Of a stretch of DNA of 61,731 nucleotides, positions 8,800 to 17,846 are shown in pieces. Position numbers and translations under genes: made by a program. The DNA lies in assembly GCA_043812915.1 (NCBI GenBank), contig JBDRLQ010000025.1, positions 1 through 61,731 on the forward strand, written 5' to 3'. The notes under the pieces are model-generated. The model was given only the letters and a program-made list of their open reading frames with translations, had not been told where the DNA came from and made no database searches. Numbering within the stretch: the stretch's first letter is position 1; every line of letters begins with the position of its first letter. This DNA is from Candidatus Micrarchaeota archaeon (GTDB taxonomy: Archaea > Micrarchaeota > Micrarchaeia > Anstonellales > Bilamarchaeaceae).

Positions 8800-9315
8800 C
8801 TAGCGCTCAAGGGCGCCCCAGATTTTCTTCTTGTTTTCAGCCTGCAGTTTCTCGAAATCCTCCATGTAGACAATCAGGCGCTTTTTTGTTTTGCAGAACT
8901 TGGCGATTGAGGAATCGTCGGCATCCTCGATAATCAGGTCATGCACCCCATCCACGCTCCCGGAGTAGGAACCGCTGATTACCCCCACGACCAGGCGCTC
9001 ATGGGCAGAAAAATCATCCAGAGGGAATTTTGACGGGAGGCGGACCACCACGCGGCCCTTGATTCCGATTAGCCCCAGGGCAAATGGTTTTGTCTTGCAC
9101 TCGACCTGGATGTTCATGAATGTCGTCAATGAGTCATAGACATCGAAATTCGGGCTTGTGTCCCTTGCCTCCTTGTCTATTATGTGGATTAGCTTCCTGC
9201 CCCCTGCGGCATACTCTTTTGCGACATCGGTCGGCTTGCCACGCAGCCTGAGTATCCCCCCTTCCTTGGTGAATGCCTGCTTGCCCCGGATAAAAATCAC
9301 TGGAATTCGTAGCAA
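8800..9315 (-). CDS. Degenerate, shortened HisA/HisF-like TIM-barrel protein
   Basis: IPVIFI...KPTDVAKEY..GG.KLIHIID...IQVE resembles the HisA N-terminal half. TTG start immediately after hisS. Confidence 0.55.
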   Translation of the reverse strand: MLRIPVIFIRGKQAFTKEGGILRLRGKPTDVAKEYAAGGRKLIHIIDKEARDTSPNFDVYDSLTTFMNIQVECKTKPFALGLIGIKGRVVVRLPSKFPLDDFSAHERLVVGVISGSYSGSVDGVHDLIIEDADDSSIAKFCKTKKRLIVYMEDFEKLQAENKKKIWGALER

Positions 9316-9316
9316 A

Positions 9317-10546
9317 TCATCCCTCTCTTATCCTCTTGAGGGCCTCGGCGAGGCTCACCATCTCCTCTTTTCCGGAGACCATGTCGCGAAGGGTAATCTT
9401 CTTCGCGTCCTTCTCGCGCCTGCCGATTATCGCCATGAACGGGATTCCGAGGGCATTGACATAGTCGAACTGCTTGCGCAGGTTCCGGTCTTTCAGGTCG
9501 GTTTCCGCAAGCGCGCCCTTTTTCCGAAGCTTGGAGGCCGTTGCCAGCGCGTCCCCGTAGAACTCCGGCTTGGCGCAGGCGACGAATATCTCCGTGCGGC
9601 TAAGCTTCCTCTGCTTCTCCCGGTCCGCGATGAGGGTTATCAGTCTCTCGATGCCAATCGAGATGCCGACTGCCGGATCCGGCTGCCCGTACACCTGCAG
9701 CAGCCCATCATACCTGCCGCCGGCCATCACGGTTCCGATGTCCTTGCTGAGCTTGATTTCGAATACAGGCCCGGTGTAATAGCCAAGGCCCCGAACAAGC
9801 GACAAATCGACCTCGATCTCGAAATCGCAGAGCTCGAGGATGCGCTCAAGTTCCCCGACTCCTTCGGTGCAGACATCGCGCACGCGCTCGAGCTTTTCCC
9901 CGTTCTTGCCAGTAGTCTTGATGTATGATAGGAAATCGGATGCCTTCTCCCCGAGGATTAGTTCAAGCTGCTCCTCCACGGCGGCGCGGCCGATTTTGTC
10001 AATCTTGTCCAGAATCCTGAAAACCTCCTCTTTCTCATTTCCCATCCCAAGCTCTACTGCAAGGGCTTCGAGAATCTTCCTGTTATTGAGAAGGATTTTC
10101 GGACTCTCGAAGCCGAACATGGCGCACGCTTCTTTTGCCAAAGTGAGCAGCTCCGCCTCGCATCGCATGCTTGGGCTGCCGATGATGTCCACGTCCGCCT
10201 GCCAGAACTCCCTGAACCTTCCCTTCTGTGGCTCCTCCTTCCTCCAGACAGGGGCGATGCAATATCTCTTGAAGGGCCGTGGGAAATCCGAGCCTGCGGC
10301 AACGCGCGCTAGCGGCACGGTCAAATCGAACCGAAGCCCGAGCCTCTCGTCCTTGAGCACGAAAATCTGCTTGTCCGCTTCCTCGCCAGCTTTCTTCCTG
10401 AGGGTATCAAGATATTCCAGGGCGGGCGTATCAAGCGGCCTGTAGCCGTAGCCGCGGTACAGTTCGGTAATCCTTTCTTTCACGCTCTCGCGCACCAGCA
10501 TGTCTTCGGGCATCACGTCGCGCATGCCCTTTGGTGTTGAACTCAT
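9317..10546 (-). CDS. hisS: Histidine--tRNA ligase
   Basis: PKGMRD, LRFDLTVPLAR, PQKGRFREFWQAD, RGLGYYTG, GGRYD, GIERL. Confidence 0.97.
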   Translation of the reverse strand: MSSTPKGMRDVMPEDMLVRESVKERITELYRGYGYRPLDTPALEYLDTLRKKAGEEADKQIFVLKDERLGLRFDLTVPLARVAAGSDFPRPFKRYCIAPVWRKEEPQKGRFREFWQADVDIIGSPSMRCEAELLTLAKEACAMFGFESPKILLNNRKILEALAVELGMGNEKEEVFRILDKIDKIGRAAVEEQLELILGEKASDFLSYIKTTGKNGEKLERVRDVCTEGVGELERILELCDFEIEVDLSLVRGLGYYTGPVFEIKLSKDIGTVMAGGRYDGLLQVYGQPDPAVGISIGIERLITLIADREKQRKLSRTEIFVACAKPEFYGDALATASKLRKKGALAETDLKDRNLRKQFDYVNALGIPFMAIIGRREKDAKKITLRDMVSGKEEMVSLAEALKRIREG

Positions 10547-10570
10547 GGTAACCCCTTCTGTTCAAAGGTT

Positions 10571-11650
10571 TTAAATGACATCGAAAATCAGCGGGCAACC
10601 CCCGCATTTCATACACCCCTCCCTGGATTCAAGCGCTCCTTTCCCCAGGCTCTTGAAAACCATGTCCGCCACCTCGGCAGCAATGGCCACGATTCCATCC
10701 ACCGATAATCCGGGCTGAAGATTTTCGAGCTCTGAACCGGGAACCGGCCTGAAAGCCTCCACGCTTGGAATTGCCCCCTCATTGAGAACAAGCTCTACAG
10801 CCCTAATGGTGCTTTCTGCCTTTTCTATCCCAAGCAGAAGCACGGTGCTCGCTTTTCCCGGTCCGAATGCCTGTGCAGAATAGCCCAGAATTCGAAGATA
10901 ACCGGCAACGGGGATTTCCCCCTTGAAAGGCATGAGGATGCGCCTAAGGTTCCGGTCATATATTTCCAGGTTGAACTGAGCGGATGTCACGCCATCATCC
11001 TTCATCCAGGCCACCAGCCGTCTTGCCAGCTCAGGCCGCTTCGGCGGGCAGATTTCAATGCTTATGGGACCTGCACCCAAATCCCTTGCTGCCCTCACAT
11101 ATGGGGAAATCAGTGAATATCCGGAATAGTCATCCGGCACAGTGCCCGCATTCAGGACCAGGGACGGACTCATCTCCTGCGCAATTATTTCCAGCGCCTG
11201 TCTGAACTGTTCCAGCGAAAACTTCATTCCAGAGTAGCCGGCGCTACGGCAAAAAGCACAGCCCTTTTTCATGTTCTTCAGTTCGCAGCCGAAGAGCGTA
11301 GTGCTGACGACCGCATTAAACTCGAACTGGAATATTTCCCCTACTGTTTTGCCGCCTGCAACTTGCCTGCGCAGAAAATCTGGCTCATCCGGCACCTCGA
11401 AGGTTGCGGACTTTGGGCATTCGCATTTGTCAAGTCCGGATGGGGTTCATCGCTTATCCTTGGCTTCAGGTTCACCTGGCGGCCTTCCGAACGGATTACA
11501 AGCTTGTTCAACGTGCATACAGTAGCGCGCTTCAGGACCTCTGGCCCAAGCTCATCAGTCCTTGCCCCATACCTCTGCAGAAGAACCTTCGTCTTCAGAG
11601 TATCGATGAAGGCGACCCCTTTCCTTTAGTTTTTCAATCCTGTTCTTCAT
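10571..11650 (-). pseudogene. Radical SAM protein (MSMEG_0568-like), with two compensating frameshifts in the 5' region as assembled
   Basis: CX8CX2C (CELKNMKKGCAFC) and C-terminal GCMKCGGC. The 5' part reads MKNRIEKLKE / VAFIDTLKTKVLLQRYGAR...RISDEP / PSGLDKCECP with two frame changes, at the 11616-11622 and 11442-11445 homopolymers. Confidence 0.7.
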
Positions 11651-11895
11651 TTGTTTCACCTCGTTTGTCTTTCACATAAGCTCCATTTCTGGAATATGCG
11701 CACATCGTGATGTTCTCCGGAGCTTTCGCTATCCTGACAGTTACTTTGCCGTTTCCGACAACGCCCAGGCTAAGAAGAATTTTTTCTCCTTTCTTAACTC
11801 CGATGGCCTCCCTTATTTCCAAGGGTAAGACTAGCCGCGCCTTCTTGTCGAGGCCGATGAACCAAATCCCTTCCTATGAAGTAAATCCCTTCCAT
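11634..11895 (-). pseudogene. AbrB/MazE/SpoVT-family DNA-binding protein, disrupted by a 19-nt tandem duplication
   Basis: AbrB signature GLDKKARLVLPLEIREAIGVKKGEKI. ATG 11895 is in frame only if one 19-nt copy is removed. Confidence 0.75.
11856..11893. repeat. Imperfect 19-nt tandem direct repeat (16/19 identical)
   Basis: gatgaaccaaatcccttcc (11856-11874) followed by tatgaagtaaatcccttcc (11875-11893). Confidence 0.9.
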
Positions 11896-11981
11896 TCACC
11901 ATCGGTTTCACCTTTCTAACATAATAACTGAACATTTCCCACTATTTATAACTATCGTTTTCTGGGATGCCAAAGAAAAAA

Positions 11982-12359
11982 TCAGTGGAACGCCTTCTTG
12001 GCGAACTCCTTGAGCTCTTCCTTCGAGCAGTCGCAGTTCCCGCACACCTGGCAGGTATGGTGGTCGATGGAATACATCGCAAGGGCGTGCAGCACTCCGC
12101 AAAGGCCCTTTCCTTTCTCTGTGAGTCTATACTCGGCGATGACCGGGCTGGTGCTGGTTATGCTCTTTTCCAGTAGGCCGTTCCCCTCCATCTCCCGCAA
12201 TCTGGCCGAGAGCATTTTCGTGCTGAGTTCCGGATTCGCCTTCAGGAAATCACGGAACCTTTTCTTTCCGAGGAATAAATCGCGGATTATATTGAGCGTC
12301 CACTTCTTTCCGATGTACCCAAGCGTATTCTCAATCGGGCACTTCTCCACCTTGAGCAT
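11982..12359 (-). CDS. HxlR/DUF24 winged-helix regulator with a Cys-rich C-terminus
   Basis: CPIENTL..IGKKWT..I.RDL..G..RF, LS.RLREME..GL, EY.LT.KG; tail HHTCQVCGNCDC. Confidence 0.93.
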   Translation of the reverse strand: MLKVEKCPIENTLGYIGKKWTLNIIRDLFLGKKRFRDFLKANPELSTKMLSARLREMEGNGLLEKSITSTSPVIAEYRLTEKGKGLCGVLHALAMYSIDHHTCQVCGNCDCSKEELKEFAKKAFH

Positions 12360-12370
12360 GCATCCACCTT

Positions 12371-12424
12371 GTAACTGAATTGTTACAAAAGGGATTTATA
12401 TTACTAAAGGTAAGTAGAGTTACC
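12371..12424. promoter_or_regulatory. Candidate operator palindromes flanking a TATA-like box
   Basis: GTAAC-N6-GTTAC (12371-12386) and GGTAA-N6-TTACC (12409-12424), on either side of TTTATA at about 12395. Confidence 0.55.
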
Positions 12425-12446
12425 AAAGAGATTGGATAGTCCCTAG

Positions 12447-12758
12447 ATGGAGGAATGCGAAATGGAAGAAGATGAATGTTGCAAGGACGAATGCTGCAGC
12501 GATGACTGCTGCGGAGAGAAGGGGCATGAGATGCCGGTCATGATGATGCACATGGCGCATGCCGCGTGGAACGAGCTGATGGTCGAGAAGATGAAGGCTG
12601 CTTTTGAAAAGAAGAACGGAGCCAGAATGGAGAAGGCCGCACAGGTCGCGGCGGACCACTCGACAGCTTTCTGGAATGCCAGGATGGCAGGAAAGGAGCT
12701 GAGCGAGGAAGATCACAAGGAATATGAAAAGAGGCTCATGGAAGCATTCCAGGGCTGA
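12447..12758 (+). CDS. Small Cys/Glu/His/Met-rich putative metal-binding protein
   Basis: MEECEMEEDECCKDECCSDDCCGEKGHEMPVMMMHMAH, followed by a helical region. Confidence 0.75.
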   Translation: MEECEMEEDECCKDECCSDDCCGEKGHEMPVMMMHMAHAAWNELMVEKMKAAFEKKNGARMEKAAQVAADHSTAFWNARMAGKELSEEDHKEYEKRLMEAFQG

Positions 12759-12770
12759 TTCTTCTTTTTT

Positions 12771-13156
12771 TTACACTTTCCTGAAAGTAATCTTGAGCGC
12801 GCCCTTGTTCTTTAGCTTGGAGATTATTTCTTTGAGCTTTTTGTGCTTGAGCTTGAGCACTATGCGGCAGAAGGCGTTCTTCTCCCTGACAAGCGAATGC
12901 GCCTCTATCGCCACCGCGTCAACCTTGCTCTCAGATAGCACGCGCAAAAGCGCCATCAGGGTGCCCGGCCGGTCTGACATCTCGAATTCAACCTGGTACA
13001 CCTCGGTCTCCCCGAACGGCGATACCACAATCGATGTCTTCTCGTCATCCACTGCCGCGAAAACCATGTCCCCTTCCTTCATGCCGAGGGTTTCCCTGAA
13101 AGCGTGCGGGAGCACAATCCTTCCCTTCGAATCGATTTTATCCTCTCAATCTTCAT
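12771..13156 (-). CDS. AbrB + ACT domain regulator with a 1-nt frameshift near the start
   Basis: MKIERI|KIDSKGRIVLPHAFRETLGMKEGD (AbrB), then EMSDRPGTL (ACT). One extra A in the A4 run at 13136-13139 joins ATG 13156 to the main frame. Confidence 0.8.
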
Positions 13157-13241
13157 GGGACTACCCCCAAAAGCAAGTATGCAGAGCGAATACAAAGAGT
13201 ATTTTTAAAAGGCTGAGCCCTTAAATGACTGCTACTAATCT

Positions 13242-13349
13242 AGCCCCGTCGTCTAGAGTTTTGGCTAAATCTTTTTGGCCGAGGCGGAATAGGGTCAAGG
13301 ATGCGAGGTTCTGGTCCTTGCGACACCGGTTCGAATCCGGTCGGGGCTA
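13242..13349 (+). tRNA. tRNA-Gln(CTG) with a ~35-nt D-loop intron (about 13257-13291)
   Basis: Acceptor stem AGCCCCG/CGGGGCT; CGAGG-TTCTGGT-CCTTG; GGTTCGAATCC. The D-loop insertion folds as a hairpin. Confidence 0.88.
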
Positions 13350-13400
13350 TTTTTCTCATTTTTCAGCAATCAATAAAAACAATAATCCCGCAGTTAGCCC

Positions 13401-13898
13401 ATGCTCGAAATCAATTTCAAGACGGCATGGGAAGGCGCGAAGATCAGCGCCGTGGTTGTCTGCCTGGGGATCATTTTCTTCTATGTCAATACCAACTACA
13501 TAAAATCAGGGCTGGTGGCCGCAATCCCAGATTTCCTGGTGGACTTTGCCTACCTTGCGCTCTTCATGTTCGCAGGATTCAAAACCGCAAAAGAGCTCGG
13601 TGGCAATCTGAGGACCGCAGGGGCAGCCGGCGCATTGGCGGCGATAGCGAGCACCGTTTTCCACACAATCCTCATCGGCCTTGGCATGCTGATGGCGGCG
13701 CAGGACAATCCCGGGCTGATTTCTCCGGAGCTGGCAGAAGCGGCCGGGGGGCAGGCCAACGTGGGCATATTTGCGGCGCTGGTCTACCTCCTTGTGATGG
13801 GCCTGTTCCTGGCATTGTCCGCAGCGGTCAATTTCATTGCAGGAATGGCTGGCGGGTTCATAGGGGAAAGACTGAGGAAGGCATCGGGAAAGCATTAA
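13401..13898 (+). CDS. Hypothetical membrane protein (4 TM)
   Basis: Four hydrophobic Gly/Ala-rich helices. Confidence 0.75.
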   Translation: MLEINFKTAWEGAKISAVVVCLGIIFFYVNTNYIKSGLVAAIPDFLVDFAYLALFMFAGFKTAKELGGNLRTAGAAGALAAIASTVFHTILIGLGMLMAAQDNPGLISPELAEAAGGQANVGIFAALVYLLVMGLFLALSAAVNFIAGMAGGFIGERLRKASGKH

Positions 13899-13912
13899 AA
13901 GTCCTGCCTGCG

Positions 13913-14335
13913 ATGTCTTGGGCTATGCATAGTGAGGACGAGAGTCTGAGCCATGTCCTTGCCCAGGAGGACTGGAAGTCTCTTGCGCTGATGCTTATTA
14001 GCATGGACGTCCGGCTCGGTGATGACCGGCTTGAGACCCGGAAGCTCCAGAAAGAGCTATGCATGACAAAGGCCGTTCTCTACAACTACCTCTCGGTGGC
14101 AAACGGCAGCAACACCATAGACCTCTCATTCTTCGTTGGCGCGGTGAAGCTGGTCCGGCGCCTGGAGAAGGAGTATGACAGGCTGGGAATCCAAAGGAGG
14201 GATTTCGTGATTTTCCTGAATCTCCTCCTGACGAAATTCAGCCAGCAGAAGCTGATGGTCGCAAAGCCGGCAGAGAGGAAAGCAGAGTTCAAGAAGCACA
14301 AGCAGGTGGTCGAGGATGAATATATCCCTGTATGA
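13913..14335 (+). CDS. Hypothetical protein
   Basis: 3' part of the 13301 ORF. ATG 13913 or 13925 follows the upstream gene; it overlaps the PGI start. Confidence 0.65.
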   Translation: MSWAMHSEDESLSHVLAQEDWKSLALMLISMDVRLGDDRLETRKLQKELCMTKAVLYNYLSVANGSNTIDLSFFVGAVKLVRRLEKEYDRLGIQRRDFVIFLNLLLTKFSQQKLMVAKPAERKAEFKKHKQVVEDEYIPV

Positions 14336-15041
14336 GAAACCGATGAAAATCGAACTGAGGGACTTCCAGTTATTCGTGGATGGCAAGGAGCACGGGAGAA
14401 CCGCAAGGAAGATGAAGGAGATGGAAGATGTCATGCTCATAGAGCCCGAGACAGACCTGCTCGGGAACCCTGACATGTATTACATGTACCGGGAAGTGAT
14501 GAGGAAGGGGACCATAAGGTTCGATATCACCGCGCTGCCTGCGAAAGTGACTGAGAAGGAATACAACAAGACATACGGCCACTACCACCCGGAGGCGGAG
14601 CAGGGGCTGACATACCCTGAGGTATACCAGATTCTGCACGGCAAGGCGGTGTTCATACTCCAGAAGAAGAGGGTCGATGGCAGCGTTGACGTCACGATCG
14701 TGAGTGCCGGGCAGGGGGACGTACTCTTCATCCCGCCGAATTTCGGCCATGTCACAATCAACAGCGGAGATGTGCCCCTGGTGCTCTCCAACCTGGTTTC
14801 CTGCAGCTTCAGTTCTTCATATGATGAGTACAAAAAGAACAAGGGCGCGGCATACTATTACCTTGAAGGGGGCGAGCTCATGCACAACCCCAACTACTTC
14901 GTAAAGGACCTCCAGAGGATGAGGGCTGCCGAGTTCAACCAGAAGTTCGGATTCACCAAAGCGGACCTTCTCGGGGCATTCTCCGAGAATCCTGAAAAAT
15001 TCGGGTTCCTTGAGAAGCCTGGAATGCTCCTCAAGAAATAG
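14316..15041 (+). CDS. pgiA: Cupin-type glucose-6-phosphate isomerase
   Basis: EYNKTYGHYH, YPEVYQ.L.G, IPPNFGHVTIN, GAAYY. Confidence 0.9.
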   Translation: MNISLYEKPMKIELRDFQLFVDGKEHGRTARKMKEMEDVMLIEPETDLLGNPDMYYMYREVMRKGTIRFDITALPAKVTEKEYNKTYGHYHPEAEQGLTYPEVYQILHGKAVFILQKKRVDGSVDVTIVSAGQGDVLFIPPNFGHVTINSGDVPLVLSNLVSCSFSSSYDEYKKNKGAAYYYLEGGELMHNPNYFVKDLQRMRAAEFNQKFGFTKADLLGAFSENPEKFGFLEKPGMLLKK

Positions 15042-15048
15042 ATAGGAA

Positions 15049-17775
15049 TCAGAGCTTTATCGCGGCTACCTTGTTCACTTTTCCCTGGGCGATGCGGTCG
15101 GACCCTCCGCCCCCGCCGCCAAGCTCTTTCACGGTTTTCGCAAGGAGCTCCCTGGCGCTGTATTTAGATTTCTTGCCGCATGCGCAGACCAGGTTGCCCT
15201 GATTGTTCATCAGGACCACCGCGCCATGGTCGCCGGCCGCAATCTCGGTTCCGAGCTTGCGCAAAAGCTGCGCATCCAGCTCAAGCACCCTCACCGAGGG
15301 CTTGCCTGTCCCTGATTCGGCAAGCTGCCTCGCCTCCTCGCCCACCAGGCGCTCTGACATGGACTCGATCAGCTTCCTCTGCTGCTTCCACTCGGTGAAG
15401 AACCTGTCCACCGTGCGCACCAGCTCATGGTCAGAGACGCTTATCACGGAGCAGGCGTCGCGGATTATGGCATCGCGCTCCTGCATGTACCTGAGCGCCA
15501 CGCCGCCCGCCTTGTACACGAGGCGCTCGACCCCGTCCTGAACGCTCTCCCTCTTGATAATCTTGAGGCAGCCGATTTCGCCGGTGCTGCCAAGCATCTG
15601 GTGCGTCCCCCCGCATGCCTGGGAATCCACATCGCCTATGCTCACAATCCGCAGCTCCTTGCCCGGAACGGCGCCCCCCTGGTACAGCCTGAAGCCGTAC
15701 TTCTCCTCCGCGATGTTCCTTGGGAGAATCTCAGTCTGGATTACCAGGTTGTCAGTGATATACCTGTTCACGAGGAGCTCGATTCTGGATAGCTCCTCAT
15801 TGGATATCCTCCGGTAATGGGTGACATCCAGGTGCGCCTTGTGCTCGTCCTTGAACGCGCCGGCCTGCCAGATGTGCTTGCCAAGGACATTCCTGCAGGC
15901 TGCGTTGAGCAGGTGCGTGACCACGTGGTGCCTCGCGATGTCTTTCCTCCGCGCGAAGTCCACCTCGCCATAGGCGCTGGCGCCCACCCTGAACTTCTTC
16001 GGATCCTCCACCTCGTGGAGTACTACGCCGGCCATCTTGAGGACGTGTTTGACCTTAACCCCATTGAGTGTTCCGGTATCAGACACCTGCCCGCCGCCTT
16101 CAGGATAAAACGCGGTGATGTCAAGAATCACATATTTTCCGTACGCGATGCCAAGGACACGGGCCTCGAATTTTTCGGTCATTGTATAGAATAGGCCCTT
16201 TGTCGAAGGGTAGCCTGCGACTTCCGAGGCGAGAACCTTCTTTGACGGCGCGTTGGTCGGCGCTGGCTCCTCGCCCTCGCCTTCGCGGACTAGCTTGTAG
16301 AAGTTGCCGGGCACCCTCAGCTCAACGCCGTTCTCCCTTGCAATCTCGGATACGTACTCGGGCGGGATGCCGTTGCTCTTGTAGAGCGTAAAGAGCTCAT
16401 CCGTGGGAATCGCCCCCGACGAGGCGCGCTCCTTGTTGGACGCGCCTTTGCTGCCGCCCTTTGCCTTGGAAACTAGATTCGCGACGATGACCCTCGCCTT
16501 CTCCTTCGTGGCCAGGTATTTCTTCTTCTCCTCGTCAAGCACGTCCTTGGTCGTCTCAACCCCTTCCTGCAGGTGGGGGAAGATATATTCCACGTGGTCC
16601 GCGTGCATCTCAACGATTTTGGAGTAGTCCAGCTCATAGCCGAACTTCTCGGCAAAGCCGAAGGCCCTGCGCAGAATCATCCTTATATTATAGCCGCCCC
16701 CGGCGTTGCTGGGGAGCATGCCGTCGGTCACGGCGAACAGCAGGGTCTTGAGATGGTCCGAGGTCGCATACAATGCGTGCAGGGGCTCGAGAGTCTCGAA
16801 GAGCTCCTTCTTGCTTATCCCGAGCATCTTGGCAATCCGCTCCTTCTCAGCCTCAATATCCTCCACCTCGTCCTCGTCGAGCCCGCCTGAAATCCTGGCG
16901 TATTTGGAAAAGAGCGATTTCGGGACCGAGACCCCTGCCATCTTCTTCATGCTGGCAATAACCGGCCCGAACACGGATTCGTAGCTGGTCAGATCGCCGG
17001 ATGTGATCCAGGAAAGCCTCTCAAGGCCGGCGCCCATGTCGATGACCTTGGTCTTGAGCTCACGGCTGCCCTGGGGAGTGACCTCGTACTGCATGAACAC
17101 GCAGTTGCCAAGCTCAAGCCCGCGCACGAAGTACTCCATGCATGGCCCGAAATTGCCGCCTCCTGCCCAGACATCCTCCTGGAACACTATCTCCCTCTCG
17201 GGTATGCCAAGCGCCTTCATGTAATTCAGGTCGTGCCTGATGGCCTCGTCCTTCCAGTAGAAGAGCCCGGTATCCCTGGTGTTGAAGGCGTGCTGGCCAA
17301 CCATCACGAAATTGGTGTAGTGCCTGCCGGTCACCCCCACGTTGCTGATGTCCGGAAAGCGGACGCATGCCTGGGGAACGATTAGCGGATTGTGGGGCGG
17401 CTCAAGCTCGCCGCTGACAACGTACGGCTGGAAATCCGTGATGCTCGCGATTGTGAAATAAAGATCATCCCTCCATTTGGCGACGGTGGGGAACGGCTTG
17501 ACATAGCCGTGATTGTTCTTCGTGAAGTATTTCTCGATTGCCTTCCAGGTCTCGACATAGCCAAGCTTCGTTTTTACGGGGGTTGAGCCGATGAACTGGT
17601 AGCCGATGCAGGCGGAATCGCCGCAGCGCTCCCTCTCCTCCGAGCTCCAGAAGTTCCTGCCGCATGCCTGGCACTGCCTGCGCTCAAAGCCGCGCTCAAC
17701 AAGGGAATCAAGCCTGTAGTGCTTCTCCCAGTCTTTCGAGAACTGTTTCCTCAGCTCATTCTTGTCAACATCCAT
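15049..17775 (-). CDS. alaS: Alanine--tRNA ligase (archaeal type)
   Basis: WRDDLYFTIASITDFQP, WAGGGNFGP, DMGAGLER, editing motifs HHVVTH and ACGGTH, GGGGG in the C-Ala domain. Confidence 0.97.
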   Translation of the reverse strand: MDVDKNELRKQFSKDWEKHYRLDSLVERGFERRQCQACGRNFWSSEERERCGDSACIGYQFIGSTPVKTKLGYVETWKAIEKYFTKNNHGYVKPFPTVAKWRDDLYFTIASITDFQPYVVSGELEPPHNPLIVPQACVRFPDISNVGVTGRHYTNFVMVGQHAFNTRDTGLFYWKDEAIRHDLNYMKALGIPEREIVFQEDVWAGGGNFGPCMEYFVRGLELGNCVFMQYEVTPQGSRELKTKVIDMGAGLERLSWITSGDLTSYESVFGPVIASMKKMAGVSVPKSLFSKYARISGGLDEDEVEDIEAEKERIAKMLGISKKELFETLEPLHALYATSDHLKTLLFAVTDGMLPSNAGGGYNIRMILRRAFGFAEKFGYELDYSKIVEMHADHVEYIFPHLQEGVETTKDVLDEEKKKYLATKEKARVIVANLVSKAKGGSKGASNKERASSGAIPTDELFTLYKSNGIPPEYVSEIARENGVELRVPGNFYKLVREGEGEEPAPTNAPSKKVLASEVAGYPSTKGLFYTMTEKFEARVLGIAYGKYVILDITAFYPEGGGQVSDTGTLNGVKVKHVLKMAGVVLHEVEDPKKFRVGASAYGEVDFARRKDIARHHVVTHLLNAACRNVLGKHIWQAGAFKDEHKAHLDVTHYRRISNEELSRIELLVNRYITDNLVIQTEILPRNIAEEKYGFRLYQGGAVPGKELRIVSIGDVDSQACGGTHQMLGSTGEIGCLKIIKRESVQDGVERLVYKAGGVALRYMQERDAIIRDACSVISVSDHELVRTVDRFFTEWKQQRKLIESMSERLVGEEARQLAESGTGKPSVRVLELDAQLLRKLGTEIAAGDHGAVVLMNNQGNLVCACGKKSKYSARELLAKTVKELGGGGGGSDRIAQGKVNKVAAIKL

Positions 17776-17846
17776 AAGTATCACTGGCTGAGGATAGTTA
17801 TTCTGGTAAGGTTTTAACCATTTTGATATTTGAAAAAAGAGAAGGG

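Noticed and set aside
11440..11560. Selenocysteine read-through of TGA codons upstream of the radical SAM ORF
   Set aside because: There are three TGAs in a non-protein-like frame; the alternative frame is open and protein-like, which favours frameshifts.
13301..13912. 5' part of ORF 13301..14335
   Set aside because: It overlaps tRNA-Gln and a real membrane protein gene in another frame.
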